A DNA stretch of 41,996 bases from positions 1 to 41,996 of the forward strand of contig JWZX01003061.1 of assembly GCA_001275005.1 (NCBI GenBank). Reading direction: 5' to 3'. Source of the stretch: Chrysochromulina tobinii. Taxonomy: Eukaryota. Made by a program: the position numbers and the translations under genes. Every line of letters starts with the position of its first letter. Position 1 is the first letter of the stretch. Below the pieces are notes generated by a model. It made no database searches. It was not told the DNA's origin and was given only the letters and a program-made list of their open reading frames with translations. Positions 20,561 through 31,584 of the stretch are shown piece after piece.

Positions 20561-21448
20561 TCAGCCGCCGAGGCTGAGCAGAGCCCGCAAGACGCCATAA
20601 TTCGGCCTCTCGTCGTATCGGAGCAGCCGCACTGCGCGCAGGTACTCTCGAAAGTGCGACGGCAGCGTGCCAGCGATCTCGTCCACACACGCGCGTTGCT
20701 TCTCCGCCAGCATGAGCGCGAAGCGCTCCGGCTTCGTTGGCGCTGGAAGAGCGCTGTCATGAGCGCTCCACGGCAGACGGCCCTCGTGTAGGAACGCGAG
20801 GGTCAAGGCTAGCGATTCGAGGTCGTCCCGACGGCCGAGTGGTTCGCCCGAGTGGTTGGCGAGCGATGCGTACCGCCCCGTGCCGACCACGCCGCGCCGC
20901 CGCACGTCAGGCGTATGCTCACCCGTCTGCTGGTCGCACCATCGGCGAGCGAGCCCAAAGTCGACCAACGTCCATTGGGAGGATGCACAGCCTGCGACCG
21001 CGCGTGCGGCACTCGGGTCGGGACCGAGAATGTTGGCGGGCTTGACGTCCAAGTGAAGCCAGCCCGTCCCATGCAATGTCTCGAGGCACTCCAGGATTGC
21101 CTCACCCACCCGCTGCACGGCCACGAGATCGAGCCGCATGCCCGCTTCCCGCTGCACCGATCTCAAGGACGGCCCGAGTCGATCCATCACGAGTGCGTAC
21201 TGCCCATGCGCACGTCCAAACCATCGCATGCGCGGCACGTACTGCGCGCCAAGCGCCTTGTACACACTCGCCTCGGTCGGAAGGCGTGGAGTTCGCGAAT
21301 CCTCTGGTTCCACCTTGATTGCCACCGCGTCGCCCGTGAGGCGGTGAATGCCGCTGTACACCGTGCCAAACTTGCCGCTGCCAAGGCGGCGGCCCAAGCG
21401 GTAGTGTCCGACGTCGAGTCCGACGAGCGTGGAAAGCGTGGACTTCAT
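20561..21448 (-). CDS. Casein kinase 1-like Ser/Thr kinase
   Basis: Motifs LGSGKFG, VAIKVE, LVMDRLGPSL, HLDVKPANIL, DFGLA, GTGRYASL and RRDDLESL. Confidence 0.9.
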   Translation of the reverse strand: MKSTLSTLVGLDVGHYRLGRRLGSGKFGTVYSGIHRLTGDAVAIKVEPEDSRTPRLPTEASVYKALGAQYVPRMRWFGRAHGQYALVMDRLGPSLRSVQREAGMRLDLVAVQRVGEAILECLETLHGTGWLHLDVKPANILGPDPSAARAVAGCASSQWTLVDFGLARRWCDQQTGEHTPDVRRRGVVGTGRYASLANHSGEPLGRRDDLESLALTLAFLHEGRLPWSAHDSALPAPTKPERFALMLAEKQRACVDEIAGTLPSHFREYLRAVRLLRYDERPNYGVLRALLSLGG

Positions 21449-21831
21449 TTGGACTTCATTCTTTCATGTTAATACACACAACACGTAAGCAGCACAGCCG
21501 TGAAGACAAAACAATACAATACATTCTTTCACACGGCACTCCATCACGTCCTCAAACCTCAATTCTGAATTCAAAAGAACGTGGTCGAGCCCAGAGGGAG
21601 AGGCGACGGGCGACACGTTATTTGTACGTACTTCGGCAATTATAGCGACGCAGGTCCCAAAGCCGAAAGCCGTGGGGAATCGAGACACAATTCCGCCATA
21701 CCGCGCCGACTCTGCTATAGTCTTCGTGGTGTTCCGGGGCGCGCGGGTCGGCGGTGGCACTGGTCCACTCGCCCCGCGGCGCATGCCTGGCGCGCATCCA
21801 TGGCAGTCTCTCTCTCTCGCGCGCGCACGGC

Positions 21832-22977
21832 TTACCGCCTGGACCATTCGCGCTTCTCGTACTCGAGCTCAACAAGCGCCTGATGCAGCACCCGCTTGCG
21901 CGCCTGCATGCGCATCATGGCCACCCCGCCGCCCTCCGATTGCGTCGCCAGATTCGTCATCGCGCCGAGATGGGCATCGAGAGCCTGCTCCTCCGCCTCC
22001 AGATAGGCCTCGTACAGCCGTAGCCACTGGAGCCGCCGCGCAGGAACGTGTGAGAGTCCCGACGCCTCCAGGTGGGAGTCGTCACGGAGCACCTCAGGCA
22101 GGCTAATGAGGCGCCATCCTGAGCGCGCGCTCGTGGACGGTAGGCTGCCGACGTCGAGCGCCGCGTCGCGCGCGTACTGGCGCAGCAGGTCCTCGAAGCG
22201 CCGGCCGGCCTTGTCGGGCACAAGCTGCCGCGTCGGCAGGGCGGGCGGTTTCGCCATGGTCCATGCCGCGAGGCGGCTCGCCTCAGCGCCCGCGCTGTAT
22301 CGGGCGCCATCGGCGCCGTCGGACAGGTACGGGCCAAGCGCCGGCTCGTCCTCGACAAAGCGGGCCGTCGAGGCCGCCAACGAGCCCGGCGGCTCGGCCG
22401 CCGCGTCGTCGTCATCGGGCGCCATAGCCGCGAAATTGGGGTTTCCAGCGACGGGCGCCACGCCAAGGTCGATGCCGGCGATGCGCATCGAAGACCCCTC
22501 GGCGGTGCTCTTGAAAGCACCTGAGCGGGTGTAGATGTCCATTAGGTCCAAGCCGGCGAACCGCCCATAGAAGAGCTGGCCCATCGTGCTCAGCTCGGAT
22601 GGTGGCGGCTGCAGCACGCCGACGTTTGGCATGTGCAGCTGTTGCACACCTTGCCCAGCTTCGCTGCCTAACTCGTCATGGATGCGCACACTTTGTGCCC
22701 ATGCGGCGGGTGCATATTTGGCGAGGACCTCGTCCTCGATCCAGCTCGCGACCGTGGAGCGCTCGCTTCGCAGCTTCTCACGGAAGCTGGCATCCTCCAC
22801 AAACGTGCGGGACAGCAGGTACACGGCGCTGGCGCCAGCGACGGCCGCGGTGGACAGGGCGGCAGTGGTCGGCAAGAGCCGGCCTCTCTCTGCGGGTTTG
22901 GCGGGTGATGCAGTCGTCGGCGGCGCCGCCACCGCGCTGAGCAAGCGTCGCGACGATCGGATGAAGGTGCTTCGCAT
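21832..22977 (-). CDS. Hypothetical protein with mitochondrial-type presequence and one TM segment
   Basis: Leader MRSTFIRSSRRLLSAVAA; hydrophobic segment AAVAGASAVYLL; C-terminal coiled coil. Confidence 0.7.
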   Translation of the reverse strand: MRSTFIRSSRRLLSAVAAPPTTASPAKPAERGRLLPTTAALSTAAVAGASAVYLLSRTFVEDASFREKLRSERSTVASWIEDEVLAKYAPAAWAQSVRIHDELGSEAGQGVQQLHMPNVGVLQPPPSELSTMGQLFYGRFAGLDLMDIYTRSGAFKSTAEGSSMRIAGIDLGVAPVAGNPNFAAMAPDDDDAAAEPPGSLAASTARFVEDEPALGPYLSDGADGARYSAGAEASRLAAWTMAKPPALPTRQLVPDKAGRRFEDLLRQYARDAALDVGSLPSTSARSGWRLISLPEVLRDDSHLEASGLSHVPARRLQWLRLYEAYLEAEEQALDAHLGAMTNLATQSEGGGVAMMRMQARKRVLHQALVELEYEKREWSRR

Positions 22978-23117
22978 CGATTTCGCACGTCGACGCGTGA
23001 AGATCGGAGTTGGCACAGTTCCCACACGCGACGAGCTGAGACCACAAGACCGAGTGTCGACTATAACTTCACAGCCTTTGGACACTTTTCACAAACGCGC
23101 TCGACCCCCACCCCTGG

Positions 23118-23855
23118 ATGTCGCTGCTGCGTCACTTGCGACGAGCTGCGTCGACGCTCGCGGCACACGTGCCGAGCGTGAACGTCAGCCTGCATCGCGG
23201 TTCGACGCCCGTGGTCGTGCGTAACATCTACTGCATCGGGCGCAACTATGCGGACCACGCACGCGAGCTCGGGAATGCAGTGCCTACCGAAGAGCCAATC
23301 ATCTTCTTGAAGGCCTCGTCCTCGCTTCGAGGACTTGACGGCGCAGAGCAACTGGCGTATCAAGATGAGACGTTCCACTTCGAGGTGGAACTCGTGCTTC
23401 TCGTTGGGAAGTTCGTCGACATCGGCCAGCTCAAGAGCGGCAAGGAGCTGAGCTGCTTGCAGGCTGCCGGCCTTGGGCTTGACCTGACCCGGCGCAAGAA
23501 GCAGGAGGCGCTCAAAAAGGCCGGGCTGCCGTGGACTCTGGCCAAGTCGTTTGCAGGCGCCGCCATCGTCGGACCGATGCACACGTTGGATCACACTTGC
23601 GATCTTAGCGACACTTCCTTTCAACTCAAAGTCAATGGTGCGGTGAAGCAGGAGGGTCATGTGAATCAGATGATCTTCGATATTCCGTATCAGCTACGGT
23701 TCCTAAACCAGCAGGCGCCGCTCTTGCCGGGCGACTTGCTCTTCACGGGCACGCCGGCGGGCGTGGGTGAGATTCGGCGAGGCGATTCCTTTGAGATGCA
23801 ATTCCTCTCTGGCTTTCCATCGAGCATGTCAAAGCCGAGTCAGGGCGTGCTGTAG
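23118..23855 (+). CDS. FAHD1: Fumarylacetoacetate hydrolase domain protein (acylpyruvase/oxaloacetate decarboxylase type)
   Basis: Motifs NIYCIGRNYADHAREL, PIIFLKASSS, HFEVELVL, GLPWTLAKSF and LLPGDLLFTGTPAGVG. Confidence 0.92.
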   Translation: MSLLRHLRRAASTLAAHVPSVNVSLHRGSTPVVVRNIYCIGRNYADHARELGNAVPTEEPIIFLKASSSLRGLDGAEQLAYQDETFHFEVELVLLVGKFVDIGQLKSGKELSCLQAAGLGLDLTRRKKQEALKKAGLPWTLAKSFAGAAIVGPMHTLDHTCDLSDTSFQLKVNGAVKQEGHVNQMIFDIPYQLRFLNQQAPLLPGDLLFTGTPAGVGEIRRGDSFEMQFLSGFPSSMSKPSQGVL

Positions 23856-24261
23856 CAAGGCGTACTGGATGGTAGATGTCTCGTGGGGCGATGAAAGGGT
23901 TGTGAAGACTTTTCGTTCTGAGTCGTTAATGCAGTCAATCTCACAGTCCATTTCGCGAAGAAAACCGCATATTTGCGTTTAGAGCAAAACCGCGACGCTG
24001 CCACCGGCTCACGCACAACACGCGGCTCACGCCGGTCGTACCATTCTACCACATATAGCTCATAGCTCATAGCATACACCGCGAGTCGCACCATACACTG
24101 AAACGCGACACCCATCACAAAAGAGGATCCGAACAATGCCATATGTGCATGCTACTGCTAGCTGACACTCACGTATCAGCCGGGGGGCGGCGCACGCGTA
24201 CTCTCGCACGTTGTACACTCCAACAAAAAACCGGGGATTGGCACAGACTGACTGACATGCT

Positions 24262-27200
24262 TTATTCGGTGGGCGATTTCGGGATAGAGAGCGGCGGAGG
24301 TGCTGGAGTTTGAGCGCTTTCGAGGCTGAGTTGCTGTGCGGTTGGGCTGAGCCTCGCGAGCATCCCCTGGGCAGCCATTCCCGCTTTGGCGGTGCCGCCA
24401 ATTGTCGAGGTTGGCGTGGCCGCCGCTGGCTTACCGCCCGTTGGCGTGGCCTTGCTCTTGGCGGAAATCGGTCCACTCAAGATCTTTTTCAGTTCCTTGT
24501 AGTTCAGCTTGCCACCGCCGTCTGAATCCCACAGGTTGAACAGCTCATAAACGTCTAGCTTGGGCACGTCGATGCCAAGAGCCGGGAACGCGTTCTCGAA
24601 TTCGGCTTTCGATACCTCGCCATCGCCGTCCCGATCCCACGAACGGAAGAGGTCCATGACGCGTGTCGATTGCGACTTGAGCACATCTGCCAGCTGGTCG
24701 GACATCGGTCCGTCTGCCGGGTCCAGTTTTCTCAACTTCTTCTTCTCGGGTGGCGGCTTACCGCTCAGAAGCTTCTTCAGCTCCTTGGGCGCAAGGGAGC
24801 CACCGCCGTCAGCATCCCACATGTCGAAGAGTTCGTCGACGTAGCATTCGTCGACCACAATGCCGAGCGCGGGGATGGCCTTTCGGAACTCGGCTTTCGA
24901 TACCTCACCGTCTCCATCTTTATCCCACGATCGGAAGAGGTCCGTCACACGCGCCGACTGTGATGCCAAAGCCGCGGCAATCTGCTCGGGCATCGTGCCC
25001 TTGCCGCTGAGCTGGAGGCCCACAACCTTCTTTGGAGGTGGCGGAAGCTTGGCTTTCAGTGCCGCGATTTCCTTGACCATGGCGGCCGCAACTTCCTTGG
25101 CCTGCTTTAGGTCTGCCTGCAGGGACACAATTTGCTGCTGATTGCGCACGAGGTCGACTGCCACCTTTTCGCGTTGCTCCGCGAGCAGTGAGCGCAGCAT
25201 CTCTTCAGCTTGCACCTGTTGGTTCCTCAGATGCACCTTCACCGTGTCACGCTCCTCTTCGGCTGTCTTGAGTGACTCTCTAGATACTCTGAACAGCTCC
25301 TGCAGCTGCACGTAGGCTTGGCGCTCGTGATCAGCCGTGGCAAGGGCAGCCTTTTTGGCTTCAATATCATTGGCCTGGTAGTTGACCTTCTGGCGCAGCG
25401 ATCGGAGCTCGTCCTCCATCGCAAGCTTGACCATCGAAAGCTTGCCAGCCTCGAGGGCCTTCGCGCGCAGGTTCTCCTCGAGCTCGGCTCGCTTCTTGAG
25501 ATCCGCCTCGTGCTCGGCTTGCCTCTTGAGCTCACGCGTTTCTCGCTCCCACCACCCGAATGCAGACGAGAGTGCAGGGTTGCCCATGCGTCCGCCGGCT
25601 TTGCGCATGAGTCGCTGATGGTAGTTCTTTTCTTCCCACCAATCTAACCACGCCTGCCAGCCACGCGTAAGATCCAAGTTGATCATCCGCCGCATCAAGC
25701 TCTTCTGCATCTGGTTGATGCGCGCCTCCTTCTCTCGCGCGAGCTCGGCACTCATCTCGGCATTGTGGGTGCCGAGCAGCTCCTCGAGCTGAGCCTCGAG
25801 CGCTTGTCGTTTTTCCCTCTCAAGCATCGCGATCTTGCGAGCCATCTCCGCCTTGAGATCCTCGAGCTGCTCCTCGAGCCCGGCGACCGTGCGGGATTGA
25901 GCCTCCTCTTTTCGGCGTTGCTCGACTTGTTCAGCCTCCCGTTCGGCTTGCTCCCAGTCCTCGAGCCAGTGATGAAAGGCAGCCGATCGTTCGGGTTTGC
26001 TCAAACGGCTTGCAGCCGCCTGGAGCTTGCGCTTCTGAACTACCTTCTCCTCCCACATGCAGAACCAGGACGTCCATCCACGAGCAAGGTCCTTGCGCAT
26101 GATGCGGTTCGCGATCATCTCGCAAAGGTGCTTGATGCGTTGCTCCTTCTCGCGCTCCTCCTTTTCGAGTTGCGCCTTGAGTGCCTCTTCAGCTGCTGCA
26201 GTGCCGCCATCGAGTAGAGTGAGCTTCGCCAGCATCTCGGCACGCGCTGCTTCGGCAACCTCGACCTTTCGCTTGCACTCCTCCTGCACGCGCTTGAGGT
26301 CGTCTTGAAGGGAAGCCAGGGCACCCCGGTGCTCCTCGCGCTGCATCGCGACCTTCCTCTTCTGCTTTTCAGTCTGCCAGTCCGAATGCCAGAAGGCATA
26401 GGTAGCTGCCAGCTCGGGCTTGCGCAGGCGGCTGGCAGCGGCCTGCAGCTTGCGAAGTTGCGTCGTCTTCTCCTCCCACATGTCGAACCATGCCATCCAG
26501 CCTCGCGACAGATCCCTGCGCATGATGCGACGAGCGATCATACTGCAAAGGTGCTCCACGCGTTTCTCTTTTTCCTGGGACACTTTCTCCAGCGCCTTGA
26601 GCTCTGCCTCCGCCATGCCTCCATCGAGCGCAGTGATGCGCTCAAGCAGGTCACGATTCTTCGCCTCGGCAACGTCAACGCGCCGCTGCAGGTCGAAGCG
26701 CACGCGCTCGAGCTCAGCGTGCGCAGCGCCTGAGTCGCCTTCCAGTGCTGCGACGCGCTGCGCGTACGCTTTGCGCTCGGCAGCCTTCTGCGCAGAATCC
26801 CACGATTCCTTCCAATGCCTGAAAGAAGCGGAGCGCTCGGGCATGCGCAGCTTCGAAGCTACCTTCTGCAGCTGGCGCCGCTGGTACACCTTTTCCTCCC
26901 ACATGCCTTGCCAAGCGGTCCATCCACGAGACAGATCCTTCTTCAGGATGCGGCGAGCGATCATCTGGGACAAGTGCTTCACGCGTTTCTCCTTCTCCTT
27001 CTCCTCCTTCTCCTTCTGCTCCTTGAGCTGCAACTGGAACGCGCGCTGGGCCTGGGACATCTCCGAGTCCCGCTCAGCCGCTTTGCTGAGCAGCTCGGAC
27101 TCAGCAGCCTTCTGCTTTGCGGTCAGCTCTTTGATCTTCAAGTCCGCCTGGTTCAGACCACCGTTGAGTTGAGCGAGCTGGTTTTTGTAGAGATCACGCT

Positions 27201-29902
27201 CCTTCTTCATGGCATCGAGTTTGATTTGATACTCGTTTCGGACGGTGATCAACTCTGCCTTGAGCTGAGTGACGCCCTGATCGAGCGAAGCCTCCTTCTG
27301 CTGATGCAGCCGCTCGCTCTTGTTGTGTCGCGCCTCGATTGAGTACGATGCCCACGTACCGAAGAAGTTTGCAAGCTCGGGCGACTTCATCCGGCTCGTC
27401 GCCGCCAAAAGCCGCCGCTTGAAGATCACCCTCTCCTCCCACATGCCGTGCCATGCGGTCCAGCCGCGAGCCTGATCCTTTTTGAGGATGCGGCGAGCGA
27501 TCATCTCTGTCAGTTGCTTCACGCGCAGCTTCTTCTGCCGATCGAGCTCCTCTTGGTGCGCCCGTTGCTTCGCTTCGAGATCACCACCTGCCTGGCCAAG
27601 AAGCTCCCGAAGCTTGTCACGCTCCCTGGTCAGCGCGTTGATCTCGTCGGCAGACTCGGAACGCACCTGAGCGAGTTCCGCACGCAGCTCCGCGACTCCC
27701 TGACCCAGCATTGCCTCGTTCTGCTGATGCAGCCGCTCGCTCTTGTTGTGTCGCGCCTCGATTGAGTACGATGCCCACGTACCGAAGAAGTTTGCCAGCG
27801 CGGGATTCTTCATCCGGGCCGCTGCAGCCTGCAGCCGCCGCTTGGCGGTCACCCTCTCCTCCCACATGCCGTGCCAGGCGGTCCAGCCGCGAGCCAGATC
27901 CTTTTTGAGGATGCGGCGAGCGATCATCTCGGACAGGTGTTGAACGCGTTTTTCCTTCTCCTTCTCCTCCCTTTCACGTTGCTCGATCAACTGCTGCTGG
28001 TATGCGGCCATGCCGCCGTCATACTCTGTAAGCTTTTTCATCAGCGCCGCTGACTTGCTCTCCGCGAGGCCGAGTTTTGTCTCGAAATCTGCGCGCTGGC
28101 GAGAGAGCTCCGCACGCAGCTCCGCGACTCCCTGATCGAGCGAAGCCTCCTTCTGCTGATGCAGCCGCTCGCTCTTGTTGTGTCGCGCCTCGATTGAGTA
28201 CGATGCCCACATACCGAAGAAGTTTGCCAGCGCGGGATTCTTCATCCGGGCCGCTGCAGCCTGCAGCCGCCGCTTGGCGGTCACCCTCTCCTCCCACATG
28301 CCGTGCCAGGCGGTCCAGCCGCGAGCCAGATCCTTTTTGAGGATGCGGCGAGCGATCATCTCGGACAAGTGCTTCACGCGCTGCTCTCTCTGCCGTTGAA
28401 GCTCCTCTTGGTGCGCCCGTTGCTTCGCTTCGAGATCACCGCCTGCCTGATCCAGCCGCGCACGCAACTCATCGCGCTCCTTCACCACGGTCTGGAACCT
28501 CTTCTCAAACTCCACGCGGACCCGGTTGAGCTCATCCTTCAGCCCCTCGGCACCGTCGGTGAGGAAGGCCTCGCGCATCTTGAGCTGCATCTGCTTTGCC
28601 TTGTCCACGGCTTTCTCCCAGTCCTGACGCCAGAATGCATATGCGGCGGAAGTCTCCGGCGCACGCAGCTTGTTGGCGACCCTCTGCATCCTCTGCTTTT
28701 GGATGACCTTCTCCTCCCACGTCGTGTACCAGGCTGTCCATCCTCGGCCAATGTCTTTGTTCATGATGCGTCGCACGATCTGCCGCCGCAGCAGCTCGAT
28801 GCGCTCCTCTCTCGCCTTGGCCTCCTGCTCTGCGAGTAGGCGCTCCTTCTCCTCAACGCTGCCGGTGAGCCCCTCGAGCTCCGCGGCCAACTCCTGCCGA
28901 GCCTGCTCCGAGGCGGCGAGCCGCACCTCGTAGTGCTCGCGGAGCTTACGTAGCTGTTCTTCCAGGTACGTCACTCCGCCCGCTGCCAAGGCTTCGCGTT
29001 CTCTCGCCTTAGCCATCGCCTCCTTGATCCTCGTCTGATCCCAGTCATGTTTCCACGTGCCATAGGCGAACGACATCGCAGGTTTTATAAGCCGCATCCC
29101 CGCCCTCCGGATGAGTGCCGAATTGCGGGTGCGCTCCTCCCACATGACGTACCACGCCGACCAGCCGCGCGTGATGTCTGCATTCATCATCCTCCGAGCA
29201 ACCTGACGGCGAAGCAAATCGACCCGAGCTTGCTTCTCGCGCTCTTGGAGAGCCTTAGTCTCTTGCTCGAGAGCTGAGAGCTCATTCATTGTGCCCTGTT
29301 GCGCCATTATGGACTGCTCTTGAGCCTCCTTGCGCACCCGCGCCATCTGGGCCTCCATCTCTTTGCGCCACGCGCGAATCGCCTCTTCATCCTCCCTTGA
29401 GGCGCCGCTTCTCCTCGATCTGGTATTCGTGACGCTCCTTGCGCTCCCGCGACAGCGTTGTTACTGCCCGGCTGAGCGCCGACTCGAGCTCACGCACACG
29501 CTTCCGCAGCACAGCACGCTCTTCGGCCCCGGACATCTCGTATGCTTTCGTGACGGACGGAGACAGCAGCGACCCTTGTTGCACCGCACTCGACGACAAC
29601 CCCGCGGCTGGCATACTCGCAATACTCGCAATACTCGCAGGCGTGATCGGGCGCATACTCTCTCTGGTGAGGGGGCGTGATTCTGGTGACCCAGAGCGTG
29701 ACCCGGGCGACCGTGTGGCCATTTGCAGAGCAGGGAGTGATGCCACGCTAGTCAAACTCCGAGTGTACGGAGACGCAGAGTGAGACCGTAGCGGCGCCCA
29801 GTCTTTTCGCGTCTTCTCGCGCAGCGCCTTGTTCAACTCGTCATGCTGAGAGAAAACGCGCATGATGATCGTTTCAATGTGGCCTTCGGAACGGGAGGCC
29901 AC
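24262..29902 (-). CDS. Very large coiled-coil protein with nine Trp-rich (Sfi1-like) repeats and four C-terminal EF-hands
   Basis: ORFs 29902-29387 and 29358-24262 join if one G at 29394-29396 is removed. Nine RGWxxW repeats; EF loops DKDGDGEVSKAEF, DADGGGSLAPKEL, DRDGDGEVSKAEF and DSDGGGKLNYKEL. Confidence 0.85.
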
Positions 29903-30104
29903 AGCACAGTCCGCGCTTGCTTTGCTTTTGTGAAACGTCGCGCCGCGTGCATACAGGTTTCCATTTTAGGTCGGGACAGAATCTGTACTCCCCCGGTGTT
30001 GCTTAACTTGCTCATGTCGGGACCGCTCACGGTCGCATGGGCTCACGATGATCGACGATTTGGATGAAGTCATGAAGAACTCTCGCCAAACACATCTTGC
30101 AGAT

Positions 30105-31106
30105 TTAAACGGCCGATGCCACATCCATCGTCGAGGTCGTATTCTTCGTGGCGCCCCGTCGGACCCCTTCATGAGGCTCCGTGCCGAGTCCGCCGCTCCT
30201 TCCCTCTGTACTCCTCAGCGCGCCCGTTGCAGCGCCGCCGATAGCCTCGCCTTGGACTGAAGTGGGCGGCTGAAGCTCCATCGCTAATGACTCTGCACTC
30301 GGTAGTAGTGCTTCGTGAACCTCTGCGGCCCCGTGCCCCTTGCATTTGCCCTGGGCCCCACCTAGGCTGCCGCCATCATCCCGTCTGACCGCACGGCCTC
30401 CACCATGGTCCCAGCCGCCGCCGCGGCCTCGACACTTACCCTTGCCCCTGCCGCCGCCAGCCGTGTGAAACGGCGTAGCAGCGATTGGCGGTGGCAGCAC
30501 CAGTTCGACGCTGCCCGCGCCATGCACTCGGACGACAAGCACGCGATCGCTGGTAAAGATCTCGACCGCTTTGGTCGCGGGCACGGCAGTGCACTGCTCG
30601 AGCAATCGCAGGCATGGATAGAGGCGGAGGGTCTCGGCGAGAAGCGCGCAAAGCCGAACGCAGCGGCCTCGCTGATACAAAGGTATTTCGAGGGTCGGCG
30701 CTAACGGCACCAGAAGTGGAGGCGTCGGTGGCCAGCGGCACGCGAACACTTCCAGCTCAGGCGGTGCCTCAAGGTGCGGCAGCAGGCTGGCGGCAACGCG
30801 GACAACGACATCGTCGACTAAGTCATTCTGCTTGATTTTGACGAAACCAGGTAAAAAGGCTGGATCCGGCTTGTTGAGGAACACCTCCACGTGCACGTCC
30901 CCGTTTCCCTCACCATCACCACCACCGCCTTTGCCGCATCCGCACTTTTTGAAGCATACTTTCAGGACATTCCGAAGGCCCATGCGGACCACCATTAAGA
31001 CCACGATGCCGACGATGAGCCAATTGAGGCTGTTGCTGTTATGGGGTGCGCCGACGGCTTCGCCGCTGCCCGACTCGAGGAGAACGCTTCCCAGCATGTG
31101 TGCCAT
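30105..31106 (-). CDS. Hypothetical single-pass membrane protein
   Basis: ORF from ATG 31106; TM-like segment WLIVGIVVLMVV; Gly-rich tail. No family recognised. Confidence 0.5.
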   Translation of the reverse strand: MAHMLGSVLLESGSGEAVGAPHNSNSLNWLIVGIVVLMVVRMGLRNVLKVCFKKCGCGKGGGGDGEGNGDVHVEVFLNKPDPAFLPGFVKIKQNDLVDDVVVRVAASLLPHLEAPPELEVFACRWPPTPPLLVPLAPTLEIPLYQRGRCVRLCALLAETLRLYPCLRLLEQCTAVPATKAVEIFTSDRVLVVRVHGAGSVELVLPPPIAATPFHTAGGGRGKGKCRGRGGGWDHGGGRAVRRDDGGSLGGAQGKCKGHGAAEVHEALLPSAESLAMELQPPTSVQGEAIGGAATGALRSTEGRSGGLGTEPHEGVRRGATKNTTSTMDVASAV

Positions 31107-31584
31107 CTGACCTGGGACGATGCTGGCTGTTGGGACAGCCCCGCGGCTGCCGCCGCGAGCACTAGACGGCGTTGGTCGTCGAGGCGCATGGAAAAAGGCG
31201 TTTCTTTTGACGTGTGGTGTGAACGTTAACACGTTCACGTTAACTTGCCATCTCGGCAAGACGCACAACCACAGGGGTCCCGTGGAGACACAACGTGGAG
31301 GGCGCGGTTGAACGTTAACACAAATGTCCTGTTGTCGTACAAATCAAATCATACTTCCTCCAAAATCCTCGATGCAAAAAGGGCTGGGGCGTCGGAGGGT
31401 AGGCGATCGGCAGTGCGTGAGTGAGGTGGAGTCGTAGTGTTAGAATTCATGTGGTGGTTATTAATAGCCTGGAAATTCTCTGTAAAAAGCTAAAAGGTGT
31501 GCGGAAAGGTGGGACATGTTAACTTCCTCGCTCTCGAATCGAATGAGATCGTAAGCACGATGAACTTCTCGTCGCGCCGGCGCA

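Noticed and set aside
21832..22977. MIC60/mitofilin identity
   Set aside because: Only the presequence-TM-DxxFR pattern is suggestive; no recognisable mitofilin domain.
31219..31321. Small hairpin GTGAACGT-TAAC-ACGTTCAC and a second GAACGTTAACAC
   Set aside because: Too short and seen at one locus only; cannot be distinguished from chance or a local duplication.
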